A DNA stretch of 52,997 nt, filler included, from Catajapyx aquilonaris (Eukaryota): NCBI GenBank assembly GCA_000934665.2. It is 2 parts of 2 records of this genome, joined end to end, with 100 filler letters (N's around TTAATTAATTAA, not from the genome) between each part and the next. Parts side by side here need not be neighbours in the genome. Positions count along the whole stretch, not along the records: positions 26,567 to 52,997 come from KZ539306.1; 1 more part is not named here. One strand, written 5' to 3'. Below the pieces are notes generated by a model that was not told the origin of the DNA, searched no databases, and was given only the letters and a program-made list of their open reading frames with translations. The position numbers were made by a program, and so were the translations under genes. Below are positions 48,301-52,997 of the stretch, piece after piece (position 1 is the stretch's first letter; every line of letters begins with the position of its first letter).

Positions 48301-50681
48301 TCAGAAACGGCCTTTCTCATTCGTGAGGATTTAGGCTCCTCTGGCCTTTTTCCTGGAGGTATTTCCGGCCAGACTATACCCATAGGAGTACACAAAATGC
48401 GGCGTAAAGCTAATAGCATATGCATCTCCTCCTCCTAGTCATCCTTCCTATAGGTTTAATTCAAAATAAAGATTACGAGCCTTATACCCACAATACATGT
48501 CCTATCAATCAATAAGTCGTATTTGAAAATACACCGAAAATCAAACATTCAACACCCATTTTGTAAACCCCTGTACGTTTGACGGTTTTATATATAGGTC
48601 TATAGTAGAATTGAATAATTCTTTGCAAGAGATTCCTGATACATCCAGATGAATATGCATATTTTATTAATCATATTAATAACTAATTTTTCCAACAGAG
48701 ATATTGCCTCAAATAAATAATGTAAGGAAATATCAGATGCTGCTTGGCACACACATATAATAGTGTGTTCCAGGATAGGTGTCCGTTTTAGTTAGCAATG
48801 TTGTCGGCCTAACGTTATGTGTAAGCAGTTACTTTGGAACAGTAATATTCTAGCCAGTTTCGATAAGTCTTAGCTTAGTTTGAATTGAATTGTACAGTCA
48901 AGCACTGAATTGCCACGAATTTCCATTTGGAACATCACTTTTGGTTTTAAAAATGATGTGTCCACGTAACCTAATAATAGCAGCTATTTTTAGCCACTGA
49001 AAGTAACTACTTATAAATGAACTATCGGAAAAAATTGCTAATCTGTGCTGGAACACGCTCTATGTATATTTATAGAATGTTATGGTTTTCGCAAGTTACT
49101 GTCCACTCATTGTGTTCTACTACAGGATTTCTCAATTGCACCTTATTACTCGATTGCAAAAGTGTATCATGGCTCAAGCTCCTTTATTTACGCCACACAT
49201 CACTTAATGAATAAATGTGATTACACTCAAATGGCACTAAGGGCTCCAAAAAAGACGCTCCAAAATTTTCTGTGTGGAAAATAAATAGAGTAAGGGGGGA
49301 TGAATGTGGGACTATAGGGGAATATGGGGTGTGGGGGGGTTGATGCATCATCAACATACTGCGTGCGGTTGGCTACATAATGGAGTGGCAGCCATGGAAT
49401 CCGACGCGCATGCATTGATGGGGCTACATTTGCCGGGTTTTCAGGCCTATGTGGATGATTTTGTGTTAATACGAGGGCACCCTCGCACCGCGTGGTTTCA
49501 AGCGCATTATATAACTTCATTTTCGCCCCAACCTCCTCTCCCCAAAAAACACACTCGCATATTGCAGGGGAGTAGTGGGGGGGGGGGGGNGCTCGTTTTA
49601 CAAGTAGGTTTCCGGAAATGTTTCCCCGCGCAAATATGAAGTGCGTGGGGATAATCAAGGACAAATGAATTTACTAGGAACGGATACAACATACCCCTTT
49701 TTGCTTGTTGCTTTTTCGCATTGTTGGGGGGGGGGGTGGGGGAATTGGTAGGTGGGTAGGGGGAGGGAGTGTTGCCCCATCCCCAAATTGTGGAGATGAA
49801 CTCCCTCGTCAATGGGACCCAACGGGACTCGATGGGTCCCTCATGTATGGAGGCCTCGTGACCGGAATGAGTTTGGATTTTTTGGGCAGTCAAAATTCGA
49901 GGTACGGTGCCTATTGGCTGTTGTTTCCAACCTGATTAATCGTAGCACCTCACCATATTTCGATACGGATGAGAGAGGGAGGCAGGGTGAGAGAGGGGCG
50001 AGGGAAGAGATGATCATTTTAAAGGCATAAAAATTGATATTTGGTTTTATCTTTTATGTGTGCAGAACTTCCTTAGTGCACGGCTTATATGGCTGAATTA
50101 TGGCACCTACTCATTGGTTATGATTATTTTTATTCTACCAGATTATTGGATATCCTGCGCAGCCGTGCAGTATATGCGTCGTGTATAGTATTCATGTAAA
50201 AGTGATGAATGAGAACAACTGTTGAGAAGTCTACTGAACTTGCTTGCGTAACGCTTATTTGAACAATTTTTCGTTTGGAATGTGATTTTTTAATGTTGAT
50301 ATTTGGGGCATTTGCACTGCATAACGTACTGGTGTTGGTAATAAAAATATTGCATTGTCTGCTGAAGAAGTGTATTGCATACGCAAGTAACTTGCGATCT
50401 TAAAAGTAGTTATATTAGTTATGCTTATGCAAAGTGCTGTCATGAATGTCAAGCATGTCAAAAAACAGTGTGCGCCTAAATGTTCTCATTATTTTCTTTC
50501 CTTGCCAGAGTGATGCTCGCATTTTACGAAGCATTTCTCACATCTGAATATCAAAGTATAATGTCACATTTAAGCTGTTCAGATATATATTTTTAGTATT
50601 ACTATAGATGGGCATTTTATCCATGCAATATTACACAACAAAACGCTGCTTAAATTGCCAGCTGAAACAATGGGGGAGGGT

Positions 50682-50766
50682 CTCGCTCCAATTGCGCACG
50701 CGCATGACCACTGGTAGATTTTGATGTGTAAGCTAGAGTGGAATGCGCATGCGCAACTGGAGCGAG
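50682..50766. mobile_element. Small hairpin MITE
   Basis: CTCGCTCCAATTGCGCACGCGCAT / ATGCGCATGCGCAACTGGAGCGAG inverted arms. Confidence 0.6.
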
Positions 50767-50935
50767 TTATCCATCACGTTTTGCCCCGCTCCATCGTTGC
50801 AGGTGTCAACTTAAGCAGAGTTATATCATTAAGGCCTACATTGTACAATATTCTATACTAATCCGAGTCGTCATTAAAAAAATAGGCAAATTGTCGATCA
50901 ATTGTTCATATTTCATCATGTTTAATGCCTAACAG

Positions 50936-51109
50936 CAGGGGTCGAATCTTAATTGTTTCGTGCAGGTGCAAATTGCTTACTTGGAATGTTTACTTTTTAA
51001 CCCGTGTTAAAAAACAGGACGAACTGGAGTGCAAACTTTGCACTCCAAGGCTCATTTTGGAGTGCAGAAAACAATCTTGGAGTGCTAATTCCGAATATTT
51101 CGGCCCCTG
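50936..51109. mobile_element. Second copy (opposite orientation) of the CAGGGG-ended 6-bp-TSD element
   Basis: TAACAG|CAGGGGTCGAATC...TCCGAATATTTCGGCCCCTG|TAACAG; both ends match 5335-5531 in reverse. Confidence 0.75.
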
Positions 51110-52347
51110 TAACAGTGATAAACAAAATCATGACCAAATCACGCCAAACAATTCTTAAAATCGGAATTATGTAATTTGACTGTACACGTTACTCACTACA
51201 GCACTGGTTTTGGAGGTACAACCCATCTTCTTGCAGTTAATGTCAATCAGTGGTGTTTGCACAGTGGTTAAGTTTTTATCAAATGACCCGCTCTGCCAGG
51301 TTTTTAAACTAATGTACTCACTGTCGACGCATTAAAATACTGATCATACGCAATTGCCTTCACATCCCATGTACACACTCTGGTTCGACGCTTTTGTACC
51401 TGCATGGAACAAATAAGTAGCCTGTAGAGTATATACCTGGTCCGTCATCATCATGAAAGCCCTCTATTTTCTTTATGCCTGTTTATGAAATCCCATTCAT
51501 TTGTAGGCATTTTGTAGGCATGAATAATTACTGGCTTCGGTTATATTCCACAAAGTAAGTGCGGGCACATCTAATGCAAAAATATTGTTTACATTTTTGT
51601 AGTCCTATACGTTTAACCCCCATCATAAAACTAGTTGTATCGTCACAACCAGCAAAACCATTGACATGCACATTCGTCGAGCAAATGCATCCTGCAACCC
51701 TTGGAATAACAAGAAGTGTCCATTAGTGAGATTGTTCCATATCATACCCCCCAAGACTATCAGGTAGAAGAGCCTTTGACAGACTCCTTGGCAAGCCAGA
51801 ACGACTATGGGGGAAACACCACCGGGCCTACAGATGAGGGAGGGCCAGGGGGAAGGCGGAGGAAGGGAGGGACAAGAGAATAATAACAAGTCCCGAGCAC
51901 TAACTGATATTGCTGTAATACAATCCAACTGCAAAGTGGCTGTCACTTAATGCGTAGCAGCAGAGTGCTTACAGCTAATCCGAAGGCAATTACTGGGCGA
52001 TGGAGGGAGGAGGGGGAGGGGAGGGGAGGAGGGGGGTAGGGGAGGGCCATTCATATTGCAACTTGGAAATGAGCCCAAACGAGGACAGAAATATTACGAC
52101 GGGTTTAGAGTCCTCTTAAAGCAGATTTCATCATAGAGAATGGAGAGGCCGGGATGGGAGGGGTAGGCGGGGGCGGGGAGGTTTAACATCCCTTTCCGGG
52201 TTTAACATCACTTCCATGGAGATGGAAACGGACAAAACTTTTATTGCCTTTGTGTGCAGGGGGGGTCATAAGGACCTTTAAAATCCCAGACGATCATGAC
52301 GGCAGACGTTTTAGTATAAATTTTGTGACGGGGGGCGGTCGCGGTTG

Positions 52348-52611
52348 CAGGGGCCGACCCGGTTGTAAACCCGGTGTTAAAACCGGGCCCCGCCGCTCAT
52401 CAGCAAGTGTCGGCCCAGCCCTATTATTATTGGCTTCTGTTCGGCTTAAAAACCGCCAATAACAGGACGGCTTAACCCCCTCCCCACCCCGTTTAATGAG
52501 ACCTTTGTTCGAGCTCGTTATAATCCGGGGCTGGGGATGGAATCCGGAGTAATTGTCACCATCAAAAGATGACAGTCGGGGACCGGATTTGTTCGTCGTA
52601 TTACGGCCCTG
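52348..52611. mobile_element. CAGGG-ended MITE-like element
   Basis: CAGGGGCCG...CGGCCCTG ends, repeated CCCGG/CCGGG subterminal motifs, and GGTTG on both flanks. Confidence 0.4.
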
Positions 52612-52997
52612 GGTTGGTTGTATAACTCGGGACGGTACCATTTTCAGGTGATTTTATGCAGTGCACATGCAGAGAAAGTGGGTGGAGGAGACAAGGGGGG
52701 GGGGGGGGGNNNNNNNNNNNNNNNNNNNGGGGGGGGGGGGGGTCAGGTGGTGAAGTATGTTCATTTGGATGAGTGTCATGTTAAAAGTTTCAGGACGAGT
52801 CCGAAGTTGCAGAGGAATTTTCTTGCACTTATAGCTGCTTTTTGTGGTTTGGCGTGTGAGAAAGGCCAAGGGCAAAACTACAGTAGTTGCTTTGTGGGCG
52901 GGCTTTTTTTTTTGTAAAGAGAATTGTTACGTAAAGGAGAGAAAAGGTGAGACCTTTTTATGCTTACATTTGCATGTATTTGTATGACAACTGACCT

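Noticed and set aside
52696..52742. Poly-G/C tracts as functional G-quadruplexes
   Set aside because: Such tracts are scattered across the window, often inside TEs and containing Ns; their lengths are unreliable and they show no positional pattern.

Overview
Eukaryotic (most likely arthropod) genomic DNA. It consists of two ~26.4-kb pieces joined by an artificial 100-nt spacer (44 N + TTAATTAATTAA + 44 N, 26467-26566), so left-right linkage is not established. The left piece holds three genes: the last three coding exons of a DUSP8/16 (vhp-1-like) MAP-kinase phosphatase (+), a ZNF839/DUF4764-like gene (-) convergent with it, and the 3' four exons of sulfamidase SGSH (-), whose 5' exons are missing. 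The right piece is about 18 kb of upstream DNA, the first recognisable coding exon of the POU-IV transcription factor acj6/Brn-3 (+), and the start of its intron. Introns and intergenic DNA are crowded with non-autonomous mobile elements: foldback MITEs, three tRNA-derived SINE types sharing one 3' tail, and Helitron/Helentron, hAT and mariner relics. The most notable leads are: (1) a coding-like, AUG-less in-frame N-terminal extension of acj6, separated from an in-frame upstream AUG ORF by a single UGA-CGG; (2) a heavily decayed class-A GPCR relic with TM3-TM7 motifs at about the right spacing; (3) a hairpin / 7x28-bp array / hairpin module about 10 kb upstream of acj6; (4) modular SINEs, including a V-domain SINE; (5) a CAGGGG-ended element with 6-bp target duplications in two independent copies; (6) eroded DNA-binding motifs in the ZNF839-like gene. 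All family assignments come from motif recognition by eye; no searches were run.
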